DNA from: Minisyncoccota bacterium | GTDB lineage: Bacteria; Patescibacteriota; Minisyncoccia; Phycocordibacterales; UBA5272 | Length of the DNA: 64,000 nt | NCBI GenBank assembly: GCA_046350775.1 | Contig: JAXLZS010000001.1 | Location: 90,441-154,440, forward strand | Direction: 5' to 3' | Shown here: positions 40,180 to 51,022 of the stretch, in pieces | How the letters are laid out: every line of letters begins with the position of its first letter | Position numbering within the stretch: the stretch's first letter is position 1 | The notes under the pieces: generated by a model | Database searches by the model: none | Seen by the model: only the letters and a program-made list of their open reading frames with translations | What the model was told of the DNA's origin: nothing | Translations under genes and position numbers: made by a program

Positions 40180-41673
40180 TTATTTTGCTTTCTCTTTTAT
40201 TATTTCTGTAAATAATTGAGGATTACCAGAGCCTTTTGCTTCTTTCATAGCCTGTCCGACGAAAAACATCATCAACTTATCATTTCCAGATTTTAAGTCT
40301 TCCCACTGTTTTTGATTATTTTCTATTACTGTATCTATGATTTTTTCTAGAGACTCTTTATCATTTTTTTGAATCAGTCCTTTTATTTCTGCGATCTGTC
40401 TTGCATCCATATCATTTTCACTCATCTCAAGCATTGAGTCATAAGGCAATTCTGTCATCATGAATAAAATTAAATCTTTTGCTCCGCGACTTGATAATTC
40501 ATTAGCATCTATCATTTTCATGATCTGCACAAAATCTTCTCTGTCTATATAGTGTATTAATTTTTCTGTACTTGATTTTTGCAATATACTAGACACATCT
40601 ACTATTATATAATTTACAGACAGATTTATCAGTTTATTGATCTTTACTTTTTCAAAGTCATGAGATTCTATTTCGTTTTTTATTTCATTGAAATATTTAA
40701 ACAGACTAGAGTTGTTTAGTAATAATTCCACATATTCTTCTTTTACGCCCATATCACTCATTTCTTTTCTTATGTTTGACAGAGATTCTGGTAGACTGGC
40801 TTTTATTTTATCTAGATCAAACATTGAATGTAGATATAATTTTGGTAAATCTGGATCTGGGAAATATTTATAATCAGCAGAAGTCTCTTTTTTTCTTTGT
40901 GATACAGTCACTCTTTTATTTTCTTCAAAACCTCTTGTCTCTTGGATTATTTCATTTTCTTTTCCGGTCTCGATTAATTCTGTATGTCTAGCAGCTTCGT
41001 ATCTCACAGAGTCTTCTACAGATTTGAATGAATTAATATTTTTTACTTCGACTTTGGTACCATATTTATTTTTGTCTTTTGATACAGAAAGATTAACTTC
41101 TATTCTCATCTGACCTTTACTCATTTCAGCTTCTCCTACATCTAGTGTGCGCAATATCAGTGAATATTCTTTTGCAAAATCACTACAAGCTTTTGCAGCC
41201 TCTTCTATATTCTCAAAAGTCATAGGCTCTGTCACAAGCTCTGACAAAGGTACTCCAGATCTATTAAAGTCTATCAAAGTGTGATCTCCTTGATCATGGG
41301 TCGATTTAGCAGTATCTTCTTCAAGATGAATACGGGTGAGTGGCCAATTATTTATTTTTCCTCCACTTATTATTGGATATTTGTATTGAGTGAGCTGATA
41401 AGCTTTTGGCATATCAGGGTAAAAATAATGCTTTCTATCCCACTCTGTGAAGTCAGCGATATCTGATCCTATATAAGTCCCTAGCTTTATCATCTTTTCT
41501 ATAGCTTCTTTATTTAGAGTCGGCAGAGTTCCTGGATGAGCCATACAAATAGGGCAGACATTTTTATTTGGAGAGTCTTCGAGCGGTACATTAGCACAAG
41601 AGCAGAACATTTTTGAATTAGTTTTTAATTCTGCGTGGATTTCTAGGCCGATTGTTATAAAATATTTTTCCAT
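40180..41673 (-). CDS. gatB: Asp/Glu-tRNA amidotransferase subunit B
   Basis: IGLEIHAEL, HLEEDTAK, VEVKNINS, DYKYFPDPDL. Confidence 0.96.
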   Translation of the reverse strand: MEKYFITIGLEIHAELKTNSKMFCSCANVPLEDSPNKNVCPICMAHPGTLPTLNKEAIEKMIKLGTYIGSDIADFTEWDRKHYFYPDMPKAYQLTQYKYPIISGGKINNWPLTRIHLEEDTAKSTHDQGDHTLIDFNRSGVPLSELVTEPMTFENIEEAAKACSDFAKEYSLILRTLDVGEAEMSKGQMRIEVNLSVSKDKNKYGTKVEVKNINSFKSVEDSVRYEAARHTELIETGKENEIIQETRGFEENKRVTVSQRKKETSADYKYFPDPDLPKLYLHSMFDLDKIKASLPESLSNIRKEMSDMGVKEEYVELLLNNSSLFKYFNEIKNEIESHDFEKVKINKLINLSVNYIIVDVSSILQKSSTEKLIHYIDREDFVQIMKMIDANELSSRGAKDLILFMMTELPYDSMLEMSENDMDARQIAEIKGLIQKNDKESLEKIIDTVIENNQKQWEDLKSGNDKLMMFFVGQAMKEAKGSGNPQLFTEIIKEKAK

Positions 41674-41677
41674 AAAA

Positions 41678-42586
41678 TTATTTCGCTATTATAGCATTTT
41701 TATACCTTTTATTCCAAAGGATTTGTCTTTTCGCATATTGCCAAGATTTATTTAAAATCTCTTCTTTCATTTTTTCTAAAGTTATCTCATTTCTCAGATA
41801 CATAGTCACATATTTATATTCAAGACCAAGTGAAAGTAGCCACTCATCTTTTATTTTTAAATTATCTCTCAAAAATTTTATCTCATTTATGAGATTATTT
41901 TTTTCTTTTGCTTCCAATCTTTTTTCTAATCTTATTTTTATCTTTTCCAATAGTTCTTCTTTGTTTAAGTTAGTAAAAATAAACTCTACATCGTATTTTG
42001 GATTTTTATTTATCTGAGAAATTTTTGGTATTTCATTTTCTGCTTTTTTAGTTTCTAATATTTCTACTATTCTTATTAGTCTTCTTTTATTGTTTCTCTC
42101 GCTAGGATTTTCATTTTTAGTGAGCTCTCCCCATTTTTCTTTATTGAGTTTTTTAATTCTTAAAAGTAATTTTTCTAAATCTTCATTTTCTAATTCTTTT
42201 CTTAATAGGGGATTTGGTTTAGCATTTTTTGGAAGACCATAAATTATTGCATCAATATAAAATCCTGTACCACCACAAATGATTGGAGTTTTCTTTTTCT
42301 TTAAAATTTCTTTGATCGCTTCATTGGCGAATTTTAGATAATCAGTCACACTTTTTGTTTTTTTAATTTCTGTTGGATCAAAAATATCAAGACAATAATG
42401 CCTCACATTTTTCATTTCTTTTTTAGTTATTTTTCCAGAGCCAATATCTAGGTATCTATAGATCTGTCTCGAGTCAGCAGAAATAATTTCTCCATTTTTT
42501 TCTTTAGCTATTTTTACAGCCAGATCACTTTTTCCACTAGCTGTCGGCCCAGCCACAACGATAATTTTAGGCAAAACTTTTTTCAT
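41678..42586 (-). CDS. miaA: tRNA dimethylallyltransferase
   Basis: GPTASGKS, ISADSRQIY, GGTGFY, YAKRQ. Confidence 0.96.
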   Translation of the reverse strand: MKKVLPKIIVVAGPTASGKSDLAVKIAKEKNGEIISADSRQIYRYLDIGSGKITKKEMKNVRHYCLDIFDPTEIKKTKSVTDYLKFANEAIKEILKKKKTPIICGGTGFYIDAIIYGLPKNAKPNPLLRKELENEDLEKLLLRIKKLNKEKWGELTKNENPSERNNKRRLIRIVEILETKKAENEIPKISQINKNPKYDVEFIFTNLNKEELLEKIKIRLEKRLEAKEKNNLINEIKFLRDNLKIKDEWLLSLGLEYKYVTMYLRNEITLEKMKEEILNKSWQYAKRQILWNKRYKNAIIAK

Positions 42587-42624
42587 AATTTAGATAATAT
42601 CACAAAACAAAATAAAGTATATTT

Positions 42625-43362
42625 TTATTTCTCTAATATTAAACTTTTGATTTCTAAAATATTATAATTTTTTACTTCGATACTATCTCCCAATATTTCC
42701 GGCTGTTTACCAATTAAAAAATCATAGACAGCGATATCGCGAGCGAGTATTTCTCTACCAAAAGTTTTTATATTTATAAAAATATTTTGAAAGTTATTTG
42801 GGTATGGATACTCTGCATTAAATCCTATTGCGACTATTCCATTTTTACGAGCAATAAAGACAGCTCTTTCATTGTGAAATTTTTGAGAGATGATGGTGAT
42901 ATTATTTTGATTAAAAATTTCATAGCTTCGCAGTACTGAGTCTAGAGTTCGTCTTCCAGCAAAATCAGATATTATGTATCCAGAGTCGACGCCCAGCTTT
43001 AACAGATAATTTCTCATATATTTTGGCTCATTATAAGAGACTGTGCGATTATCGCCAGAGACTAGGACATATTCTATTTTCTTATTTTTAATTAGATCGT
43101 CAGCTGCTTTCATTCTGGTCACAAAAAATTTGCTAACTTCTCCGCTGGATGTGACAGGCGAGGTACCAAGCGATAGGCCTACTTTGTTTTCTGGTAATTT
43201 TTCCAGATCGGAATAAATAAAATTTTTAGAATAATGAGATATATAAAAGTAAATGAAAAGAGAAATTAGGATGAAAATTGTGAGCAAGACTAAGAAAAAG
43301 ATGAATATTTTTTTAAATATTTTTCGGAAAGATATATTATTGAAAATAGATATCTTTTTCAT
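42625..43362 (-). CDS. sanA: SanA/ElyC (DUF218) family protein
   Basis: LGTS, SGDN...YNEP, DFAGRRTLDS, ISQKFHNERA; start reassigned to ATG 43362. Confidence 0.85.
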   Translation of the reverse strand: MKKISIFNNISFRKIFKKIFIFFLVLLTIFILISLFIYFYISHYSKNFIYSDLEKLPENKVGLSLGTSPVTSSGEVSKFFVTRMKAADDLIKNKKIEYVLVSGDNRTVSYNEPKYMRNYLLKLGVDSGYIISDFAGRRTLDSVLRSYEIFNQNNITIISQKFHNERAVFIARKNGIVAIGFNAEYPYPNNFQNIFINIKTFGREILARDIAVYDFLIGKQPEILGDSIEVKNYNILEIKSLILEK

Positions 43363-43501
43363 ATTATGGCTAGATAATAGCAATTTTTAATAAAAAAGTC
43401 ATTATTTTTAAATTATTGACAAAATATGTATCTTATGCTAAGATATATATAGGTTGAGATTATAATTATTTCAACAAAAAATCATTAAAATTCTAAATAA
43501 G

Positions 43502-43945
43502 ATGAAAGATTGTCAAACACAAAGCACGACGCAAAAAATGACAAAGGAACATTGGTTCTTATTTTTTCAGATCGTGTTGGCGGCAGTATTTTCTATATTG
43601 CTTACGACAACTCGATTTATGAATGGATTCAATGGTCATCTTGATCACAAGCCAGATCCTTACATATTTATCCAGAATCATGGCATTTTCAGGTATCTCG
43701 CATTTTCATTCTGGACATGGAGTGATGTTGGCTTGAGTAATTATACAAGAGCTGACAATTATTCTTTTGTCTGTTTTGCGATTTTATTTGGAGTTTGGAT
43801 TTATATTTTTGTTAAATCTTTCCAGGGTGTGGTCAAAAATAAAAATATCAATGATTATATGCTCGCTATGATTTTATATCAAACAGCATTCATTGTTTTT
43901 TCTTTTTTAGCACTTCCACAAATTCTGGAATATTCGAGTCGATAA
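43502..43945 (+). CDS. Hypothetical membrane protein (ORFan-like)
   Basis: 3-4 TM helices; TTGACA-17-TAAGAT promoter; downstream hairpin. Confidence 0.6.
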   Translation: MKDCQTQSTTQKMTKEHWFLFFQIVLAAVFSILLTTTRFMNGFNGHLDHKPDPYIFIQNHGIFRYLAFSFWTWSDVGLSNYTRADNYSFVCFAILFGVWIYIFVKSFQGVVKNKNINDYMLAMILYQTAFIVFSFLALPQILEYSSR

Positions 43946-44018
43946 AAACATTTCCAAACAGCTAAAACCTTTTTAATTTTAAAAATTAAAAGGGTTTTTA
44001 TTTTTATAAAATTTAGTC

Positions 44019-44102
44019 TGGTGCCGAAGGTGGGACTTGAACCCACAAGCCGTAAGGCATGCGATTTTGAGTCGCACGTGTATACCATTCCACCACTTCG
44101 GC
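44019..44102 (-). tRNA. tRNA-Leu(CAA)
   Basis: GCCGAAG/CTTCGGC acceptor, TGCGA-CT CAA AA-TCGCA, long variable arm, CCA encoded. Confidence 0.96.
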
Positions 44103-44170
44103 AAGTGATTTTAATATATTAGCATATTTTTTAATTTTGGTATATATTTGTTTTTAGTAAAATTTCTCAA

Positions 44171-44557
44171 ATGAGAGCAGCTTATGTATCTGACGATTTT
44201 TTGATCTGCCTTTCTTCAAAAGACTTGGAAATATTAAAACAACAAAAACAGATCAGCGGTTTTATATTAGTTTATGATAATATCTGGAAATTTTTATTAA
44301 AAACTCCAAAAAAGAAAATTGATGTTTCTGGGCTTTTGTTTAGTAAAAAGTTTAAAAAAATTGAACTAAATTTAAGCAGAGAAGATATTCAGCACCTTCT
44401 AAAAAGAGGTTTACTTCAGGATAGAATTGGATCAACTAATGTCTATTTTTATTCAGAAAACCACGACCCTGAGAGATTTAATGAAAAATGTTCCTGTATA
44501 AACATCTTATTTTTTCAATCAGAAGAGAAAGGTAGATTTCCACAGTCGCTTCTTTAA
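44171..44557 (+). CDS. Hypothetical protein
   Basis: 128-aa ORF followed by GTCGC..GCGAC-T hairpin. Confidence 0.55.
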   Translation: MRAAYVSDDFLICLSSKDLEILKQQKQISGFILVYDNIWKFLLKTPKKKIDVSGLLFSKKFKKIELNLSREDIQHLLKRGLLQDRIGSTNVYFYSENHDPERFNEKCSCINILFFQSEEKGRFPQSLL

Positions 44558-44611
44558 TGGGGCGACTTTTTTAATGCTATACTGGATAAATAAAAATATT
44601 ATTTTAATTTT

Positions 44612-45772
44612 ATGGCAGAGTTACAAAATGCAGTCTTTTGGATAGAGACAAGTAAAATATTACCAAATCCTTATCAGCCAAGAAGAGAATTTGATGAGAA
44701 AAATTTAAAGGATTTAGCTGAAAGTATTCGTCAATATGGAGTGCTTCAACCTCTAGTAGTCACAAGAAGAGAGGATCCACATGACGATGGGTCTATCTCT
44801 GTTGCTTACGAATTGATTGCTGGAGAAAGAAGATTGCGAGCATCAAAATTGGCCGGAGTAAAAGAAGTGCCTTGTGTGGTACGTGTCGGTGATGATAATA
44901 GATCAAAACTCGAACTGGCTATCATTGAAAATATTCAGAGAGAAGATCTCAATTCTGTTGATCGTGCAAAATCATTTCAGCAGCTTGCCGACGAATTTAA
45001 ACTTTCTTGGAGTGATATTGGCAAAAAAGTCGGTAAAAGTCGTGAATATGTTTCTAATACAGTTCGTATTTTGATGCTTCCACAAGAAATACTAGACGCA
45101 TTGGTCGCTGGAAAGATATCAGAAGGACACACAAGACCTCTACTCATGCTCATAGATAAGCCTGCTGAGCAGATCACTCTTTTTAAAGAGATGCTCATGC
45201 GAAAAATGACTGTACGCGAAGCAGAGAGTCTTGCTCGCAGAGTAGCCTATGAAAAGATACGCAAAAAATCTCTCATGAGCAATCCTGAAGTGATAGATCT
45301 CGAAGAAAGACTTGCTACCAGCCTTGGTACTCGTGTACATATAGAGCCAAAAGAAAAAGGTGGAAAGATAACTATTGATTATTTTTCTCATGATGAATTG
45401 CTTGCTCTCACTACACTCTTAAAAAGAGCTGGTACAGAAAAGACTCATGAAGGTATGTTTGATAAAATCAGAAAAGAGATGGATATAGATTCAGCTTCAC
45501 CACTCGCAAATGCCGTCATGATGGAAATGGCTAATCAAAATTTAGAAAATAACAAAGAAGAAATTTTGCCTACAAAAAATATAGAGAATATTTTGCCTGA
45601 TACTATTAATCCAGAAAATCATATCAATGAAATAATTTCTCCAAATCAAGCAATAGAAGAAAATCAAAATGATATAGATACTTTTACTCTGGACGACAGA
45701 AGTAAAGAAGAGATAAAAGCTGACGAAGAAAGGGAAGACGATCTATACGATATCACAAATTTTAGTATTTAA
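44612..45772 (+). CDS. parB: ParB/Spo0J partition protein with acidic C-terminal tail
   Basis: PNPYQPR, GVLQPLVV, LIAGERRLRA, ENIQREDL, ISEGH.R. Confidence 0.94.
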   Translation: MAELQNAVFWIETSKILPNPYQPRREFDEKNLKDLAESIRQYGVLQPLVVTRREDPHDDGSISVAYELIAGERRLRASKLAGVKEVPCVVRVGDDNRSKLELAIIENIQREDLNSVDRAKSFQQLADEFKLSWSDIGKKVGKSREYVSNTVRILMLPQEILDALVAGKISEGHTRPLLMLIDKPAEQITLFKEMLMRKMTVREAESLARRVAYEKIRKKSLMSNPEVIDLEERLATSLGTRVHIEPKEKGGKITIDYFSHDELLALTTLLKRAGTEKTHEGMFDKIRKEMDIDSASPLANAVMMEMANQNLENNKEEILPTKNIENILPDTINPENHINEIISPNQAIEENQNDIDTFTLDDRSKEEIKADEEREDDLYDITNFSI

Positions 45773-47316
45773 TTTACAAAAAATTTATCGATAGTACCTC
45801 CGTGCTCTTTTATGTAGTTGCGGATATGTCTTTTAGCGTTTGGAGTAAAAGCGTAATCTATCCATTTGCGAGAAGGTTTGGCGTCTTCTTTGGTTATTAT
45901 TTCAACAATGTCTCTGTCTTTTAATTTTGTATTTAAAGATACCATCTTTCCATTCACAATGACTCCTGAGACATGTGTTCCTATATCAGAGTGAACAGCA
46001 AAGGCAAAATCTATCACTCCAGCACCTTGTGGTAATTCTATAATGTCTCCTTTTGGTGTATGGATAAACATCTTTTTATCTAAAAATTGCTCTTTTAGAT
46101 TTTTTATAAAATCTTTGTTTTCTGGTATATTTTCTTGAATTTTTAGCAATTCTTTTGTCCAGGAAATCTTTTCATTTAGATTTTTTATATTGTTTTCCTG
46201 ATGTTTATTTTTGATTTTTGCTTGGTCTCCTGCTTCTTTGTAGAAAAGGTGAGAGGCAATACCGTATTCTGCTTCTTCATGCATTTTTTGTGTTCTTATT
46301 TGTACTTCAAATGTTCCTCCTTCTCCATCAAACACTGTGGTGTGTAGAGATTGATATCCATTTGGTTTTGGGATCGCGATATAATCTTTAAATCTTCCGG
46401 GTACAGGCTTGTAAAGTCCGTGAATCACTCCTAATACTTGATAGCAGGTTCCTACATCATCTACTATGATACGCATAGCAGCAATGTCATAGATTTTTTG
46501 TATATCCCAATTATATTTTTTTAATTTTTCGTAAAGAGAAAATAAATGTTTTAATCTATGATCTATTTTTATAAAATGGATATTGAAAATCTTCAATTCT
46601 TCTTTTACTCTTTCCAATATATCTAAAAGATAATTTTCAGAAGAAGATTTTGTCGCATCAAACATAGATTTCACTTTCTGAAAATCCTCTGAATAAGCAT
46701 AAGGAAAAGCTTTATCTTCTAATTCGCTTTTTAATTTACCCATACCGATACGATCCGCCAGGCGAGCATGTATTTCGAGAGTCTCTATAGCTATTCTTTT
46801 TTGTTTTTCTTTTGGTAAATATTCTAGAGTTGAGATATTGTGTAGTCTATCGCAAAGCTTTATCACGACTACGCGCACATCGTCTGCCATGGCAATGAAA
46901 AATTTACGCATACTTTCTACATGTCTTTCTACTCCTTTGTATTTTATAGTTCCCAATTTTGTCACGCCTTCTATTAAAAATAATACATCATGTCCAAATT
47001 CTTTTTGTATTTCTTCTTTTGTGATTTTGGTATCCTCAAGCGTATCATGTAGAAGTCCGGCTACTATTGTATCGACGTCCATGTTTTGTTTGGCGATATT
47101 TATGGCTGTAGCCACACAATGATTAAAATAAGGTTCACCAGAGTTTCTTTTTTGTCCCTCATGAGCTAATTTGGCAAAATTATAAGCTTTTTCTATTATT
47201 TCTTTATCGTTTTCTTCTAAAATATGATCTTTTGGCACAGCTTGAAATATCTCTTCTACATCAGCAGTTAAAAAAGTAGTGTTTACATTATTTTTATCAA
47301 TAGGGGTCTCGGTCAT
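45769..47316 (-). CDS. RelA/SpoT (p)ppGpp synthetase/hydrolase (HD, synthetase and TGS domains; no ACT)
   Basis: SGEPYF.H, LLHDTLED, DRLHN, RFKDYIA.PKPNGYQSLHT, EVQIRT, TPKG..DFAF.VH. Confidence 0.94.
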   Translation of the reverse strand: MTETPIDKNNVNTTFLTADVEEIFQAVPKDHILEENDKEIIEKAYNFAKLAHEGQKRNSGEPYFNHCVATAINIAKQNMDVDTIVAGLLHDTLEDTKITKEEIQKEFGHDVLFLIEGVTKLGTIKYKGVERHVESMRKFFIAMADDVRVVVIKLCDRLHNISTLEYLPKEKQKRIAIETLEIHARLADRIGMGKLKSELEDKAFPYAYSEDFQKVKSMFDATKSSSENYLLDILERVKEELKIFNIHFIKIDHRLKHLFSLYEKLKKYNWDIQKIYDIAAMRIIVDDVGTCYQVLGVIHGLYKPVPGRFKDYIAIPKPNGYQSLHTTVFDGEGGTFEVQIRTQKMHEEAEYGIASHLFYKEAGDQAKIKNKHQENNIKNLNEKISWTKELLKIQENIPENKDFIKNLKEQFLDKKMFIHTPKGDIIELPQGAGVIDFAFAVHSDIGTHVSGVIVNGKMVSLNTKLKDRDIVEIITKEDAKPSRKWIDYAFTPNAKRHIRNYIKEHGGTIDKFFVN

Positions 47317-47451
47317 AATTATTGTTTTATTTTAACATTTAAATAGATTTTGGCAAGTCTTTTAGTATCTTATTTGACAAAACTATATATTTGTGTATAA
47401 TAATATTATTGTTCTTTTAATTTTTATTTTTCAAATCAAAAAATTTTTATT

Positions 47452-47817
47452 ATGCCTACTGATCTCTCTGTTTCCACTACAACCAGAAAAGACATTTACA
47501 AAGTATCATTAACAAGTGAATTAAAGGAAAAAATTATCGAATTAAAAATCATGGCTGATCGTAAAATTTCGTTTGATGATTATATACTTGATGAAGTAGG
47601 TCATTTTCATCCAAAGCAACTGGAAAGGATTTGTAAAACAAATTATAAATATATTTGTGTTTCTCGAATTGGCAATCAGCTCACTTATTATGTAGCTATA
47701 ACTCGAAAAAACTTTAAATGGTACTCAACCTTCTCTGATATCAGAGAAGCTATAAAGGCTATTAAAGTAAAATTTCGTGAGCATAAGATGCCCTGTAAAA
47801 GCATAAAAATTTATTAA
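47452..47817 (+). CDS. Hypothetical protein (ORFan-like)
   Basis: 121-aa ORF with TTGACA/TATAAT promoter; ends at a shared terminator. Confidence 0.55.
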   Translation: MPTDLSVSTTTRKDIYKVSLTSELKEKIIELKIMADRKISFDDYILDEVGHFHPKQLERICKTNYKYICVSRIGNQLTYYVAITRKNFKWYSTFSDIREAIKAIKVKFREHKMPCKSIKIY

Positions 47818-47828
47818 TACCAAAACTA

Positions 47829-47858
47829 AAAAACCACTGCAGTGCAGTGGTTTCTTTT
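47829..47858. terminator. Bidirectional terminator
   Basis: AAACCACTGC-AGT-GCAGTGGTTT. Confidence 0.75.
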
Positions 47859-50075
47859 TTATTTTTTATCTAATTTGTGAGGATTGTGATTTGGACAAGA
47901 TTTATTTGAGCATCTTTCTGGGATAGTCTTGGTACCTTCCATCATGAGTTCGTGGCAAAGATTACAATAGTTTCCAGTTGGCTTGGCTTTGATAGCCAAT
48001 TTACAATCAGGATAATTTGAACAAGAATAAAATATTCCAAATCTTCCACGTCTTTCTTCGAGATATCCAGTCTCGCATTTGTTGCATTTTACTCCGGTAT
48101 TCTTTTTTTGTTTTTCTTCTTCACTTTGCTCTATATATTTACATTTCGGATAATTTGAGCAGGCGATAAATTTACCAAATCTACCAGTTCTTTCTATCAA
48201 CTTACCTTTTTCACATTTTGGACAAATTTTTCCAGTATCTTTTGGACCTTCCATTATTTCACCATCTATTGTTCTTGCTCCAGAGCAATCAGGGAATCTT
48301 GAGCAAGACAAGAATTTTCCAGATTTTGATAATTTTACTATCATTTTTGATCCACAGACTGGGCATTTAATATTTTCATCTGCTTCACCGAAATTGTTTT
48401 GTTTTTCTATTTTGTCTTTGGCTTTGATTTCTTTTTGAAATGGTCCATAAAAATCAGTTAATAATTTTTTATAAGTTAATTTTCCTTCAGCTACTTCATC
48501 TAGCTCATTTTCCATCTCTTTTGTAAAATCATCAGAAATATATTTGGCAAAATTATTTTCTAGAAAATCAGAGACTACTTCTCCTGTATCAGTTGGAAAA
48601 AGTGCTTTGTTTATTTTTTCAACATAGCCACGATCTTCTATAGTAGAAATAATAGAAGCATAAGTCGATGGGCGACCAATATCTCTTTTTTCGAGTTCTT
48701 TAATCAGACTAGCTTCACTATATCTTCCTGGAGGAGTTGTCTCTTTTTCAGTACTTGCTATAGCTTTTAAATTCAAATCATCATGGACAAAGATCTTTGG
48801 CAAAGTTACATCATCACTTTTTCCATCTGGATCAACTTTTAGCCAACCATCAAATAATACGACAGACCCATTTACAGAAAAATTTGGAAAATCTTTTTTA
48901 TTTTTTAAATTGGCAGTGATTTTAGTTCTTAAAAGTTTTGCATCACTCATCTGAGAGGCGACAGTCCTATTCCAGATCAAAGAATAAAGTCTCTGTTCGT
49001 CTGAATTTGATCCAGCGTATTGTGTACTGGCATGAGTAGGGCGAATAGCTTCATGAGCTTCTTGTGCATTTTTAGATTTAGCTTTGTAAATTCTTTTTTC
49101 TAGATATTCTGATCCATATTGTTTTAAGACAAATTTTTCTATTTCAGAAATCGCAGAAGCGGCTAAATTTGTAGAATCTGTACGCATGTATGTGATCAGA
49201 CCTTTTTCATACAATTTTTGAGCTATCATCATAGTCTTTTTTGGAGCAAAGCCAAGCCGAGACGATGCGGTCTGCTGAAGAGTTGAAGTGGTAAATGGAG
49301 CTTTTGGACTAGATTTTACATTTGTTTCTTTTACATCTTTGACTGTCCACTCATTTTCTTTTCCTTCTTTCAAAATTTTATCTGTCAGCTTTTTAGCTTC
49401 TTCTTCACTCAATTCTGGATTTATACCAGGCTCTAATTCACAATCAAATACTAATTTGTATTTCTTAGATTCTTTTAATTTTCCTACAGTTTCAAGCTCT
49501 GCCGCAATATTAAAATATTTTACAGGTACAAAAGCGCGTATCTCTCTTTCTCTTTCCATTATTATACGAAGTGCAGGTGATTGAACTCTTCCAGCAGAGA
49601 GGCCATATCTGACTTTTTTCCAAATTATTCCAGAAAGATCATATCCTACTAGTCTATCAAGTACACGACGAGCTTCTTGAGCTTCTTTCAGATTCATATC
49701 TATATCACGAGTATGCTTTAGAGCTTCTATTACAGCATCTTTGGTAATCTCATAAAACACAGCTCTCTCAGATTTTTTGAGATCACAAGCTTCTTTGACA
49801 TGCCAAGCGATAGCCTCTCCTTCACGGTCGGGGTCTGTCGCTAAGATGACTTTATCAGCTTTTTTAGCTAGAGATTTTATTTCAGAAATTACTTTTTCTT
49901 TTCCTTTTGATATTTCGTATGTCGGAATAAATCCGCCTTCAATGTCGATGGCTTTTTTGTTTGATTTTGGCAAATCGCGAATATGTCCAATACTGGCTCT
50001 CACTGTATATTCACCACCAAGATATTTTTCTATTGTTTTAGCTTTGCTAGGGGATTCTACGATTAATAATTTCAT
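47859..50075 (-). CDS. topA: DNA topoisomerase I
   Basis: IVESPSKAKTI, ATDPDREGEAI, SAGRVQS, ITYMRTDS, C-terminal Zn ribbons. Confidence 0.97.
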   Translation of the reverse strand: MKLLIVESPSKAKTIEKYLGGEYTVRASIGHIRDLPKSNKKAIDIEGGFIPTYEISKGKEKVISEIKSLAKKADKVILATDPDREGEAIAWHVKEACDLKKSERAVFYEITKDAVIEALKHTRDIDMNLKEAQEARRVLDRLVGYDLSGIIWKKVRYGLSAGRVQSPALRIIMEREREIRAFVPVKYFNIAAELETVGKLKESKKYKLVFDCELEPGINPELSEEEAKKLTDKILKEGKENEWTVKDVKETNVKSSPKAPFTTSTLQQTASSRLGFAPKKTMMIAQKLYEKGLITYMRTDSTNLAASAISEIEKFVLKQYGSEYLEKRIYKAKSKNAQEAHEAIRPTHASTQYAGSNSDEQRLYSLIWNRTVASQMSDAKLLRTKITANLKNKKDFPNFSVNGSVVLFDGWLKVDPDGKSDDVTLPKIFVHDDLNLKAIASTEKETTPPGRYSEASLIKELEKRDIGRPSTYASIISTIEDRGYVEKINKALFPTDTGEVVSDFLENNFAKYISDDFTKEMENELDEVAEGKLTYKKLLTDFYGPFQKEIKAKDKIEKQNNFGEADENIKCPVCGSKMIVKLSKSGKFLSCSRFPDCSGARTIDGEIMEGPKDTGKICPKCEKGKLIERTGRFGKFIACSNYPKCKYIEQSEEEKQKKNTGVKCNKCETGYLEERRGRFGIFYSCSNYPDCKLAIKAKPTGNYCNLCHELMMEGTKTIPERCSNKSCPNHNPHKLDKK

Positions 50076-50182
50076 AAAATGATTTTTTAAAATAAAAAGA
50101 CAATTAAGATTTTAATTATGTAAATAAATATTAATTGTCATTATAGCACACGAGTATACACGAGAAATTTATTTTTGCAAAA

Positions 50183-50998
50183 TTAATTTGTAGTACTCGT
50201 AACAATTTTATTTATATTATTATTTATAAGAGAATCATCCATATATATATCAGCTTTTATTCTGGTGAGTTCAGTATCTAATCCTAGATATCCAGAATCA
50301 TTGATTGTACGGTGTGTCGTAACATATTTTTCAAACTCATATTCTGAATCCGGTAATTTAATCATTACCGATTTACCAATATATTCTTTTTGTATCTTAT
50401 TTTCTATCTTTTGTATAGTCTCAGTTGAACAATTAGATGCAATCCATATATTGTTTCTTACTTTTACATCAGTATTTGAAAATGAAAATTCAAACCATAA
50501 TAAAAAGCCATTATAAGCATCTTCTTGATATAAAGATAAACTGGATATATTTTTTGGGCTAGAAAATAATGTTATATATTTTTCATAATATTGCTTTATA
50601 ATTTGCGAATCTTTTTCTGCTTTTAATTGAAACCTTTGATCATCTTCTCTAATTCTTTTTTCTCCTGCATAATTCATAAGATAAAAAATAAGACCTATTA
50701 GTGTAGTTAATATGATAAATATACCTAAGATTTTTGTAGTGATATCAGTATTGTGAATTTCTTTATTTTCTTGATTTTCTATCAGATTAGGTTCTAATCT
50801 ATTTTTTTTCTTGTTAATTATTTTTATAGTTACATAATAAATTATAGATAAAGGTAAAAAACCAATACAAAATATAGTAATATATATAATTGAGTATGGA
50901 TATCCTGTAAATAAAAATATAAATAAAATTATAAATATTATTATAAATAATGATGAGATAGATTTACTTAGTATATTTTTATTTTTTTGATTATTCAT
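50183..50998 (-). CDS. Hypothetical membrane protein
   Basis: 3 TM helices plus soluble domain. Confidence 0.6.
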   Translation of the reverse strand: MNNQKNKNILSKSISSLFIIIFIILFIFLFTGYPYSIIYITIFCIGFLPLSIIYYVTIKIINKKKNRLEPNLIENQENKEIHNTDITTKILGIFIILTTLIGLIFYLMNYAGEKRIREDDQRFQLKAEKDSQIIKQYYEKYITLFSSPKNISSLSLYQEDAYNGFLLWFEFSFSNTDVKVRNNIWIASNCSTETIQKIENKIQKEYIGKSVMIKLPDSEYEFEKYVTTHRTINDSGYLGLDTELTRIKADIYMDDSLINNNINKIVTSTTN

Positions 50999-51022
50999 AT
51001 TTTTGTTTTTTGATATTTTACT

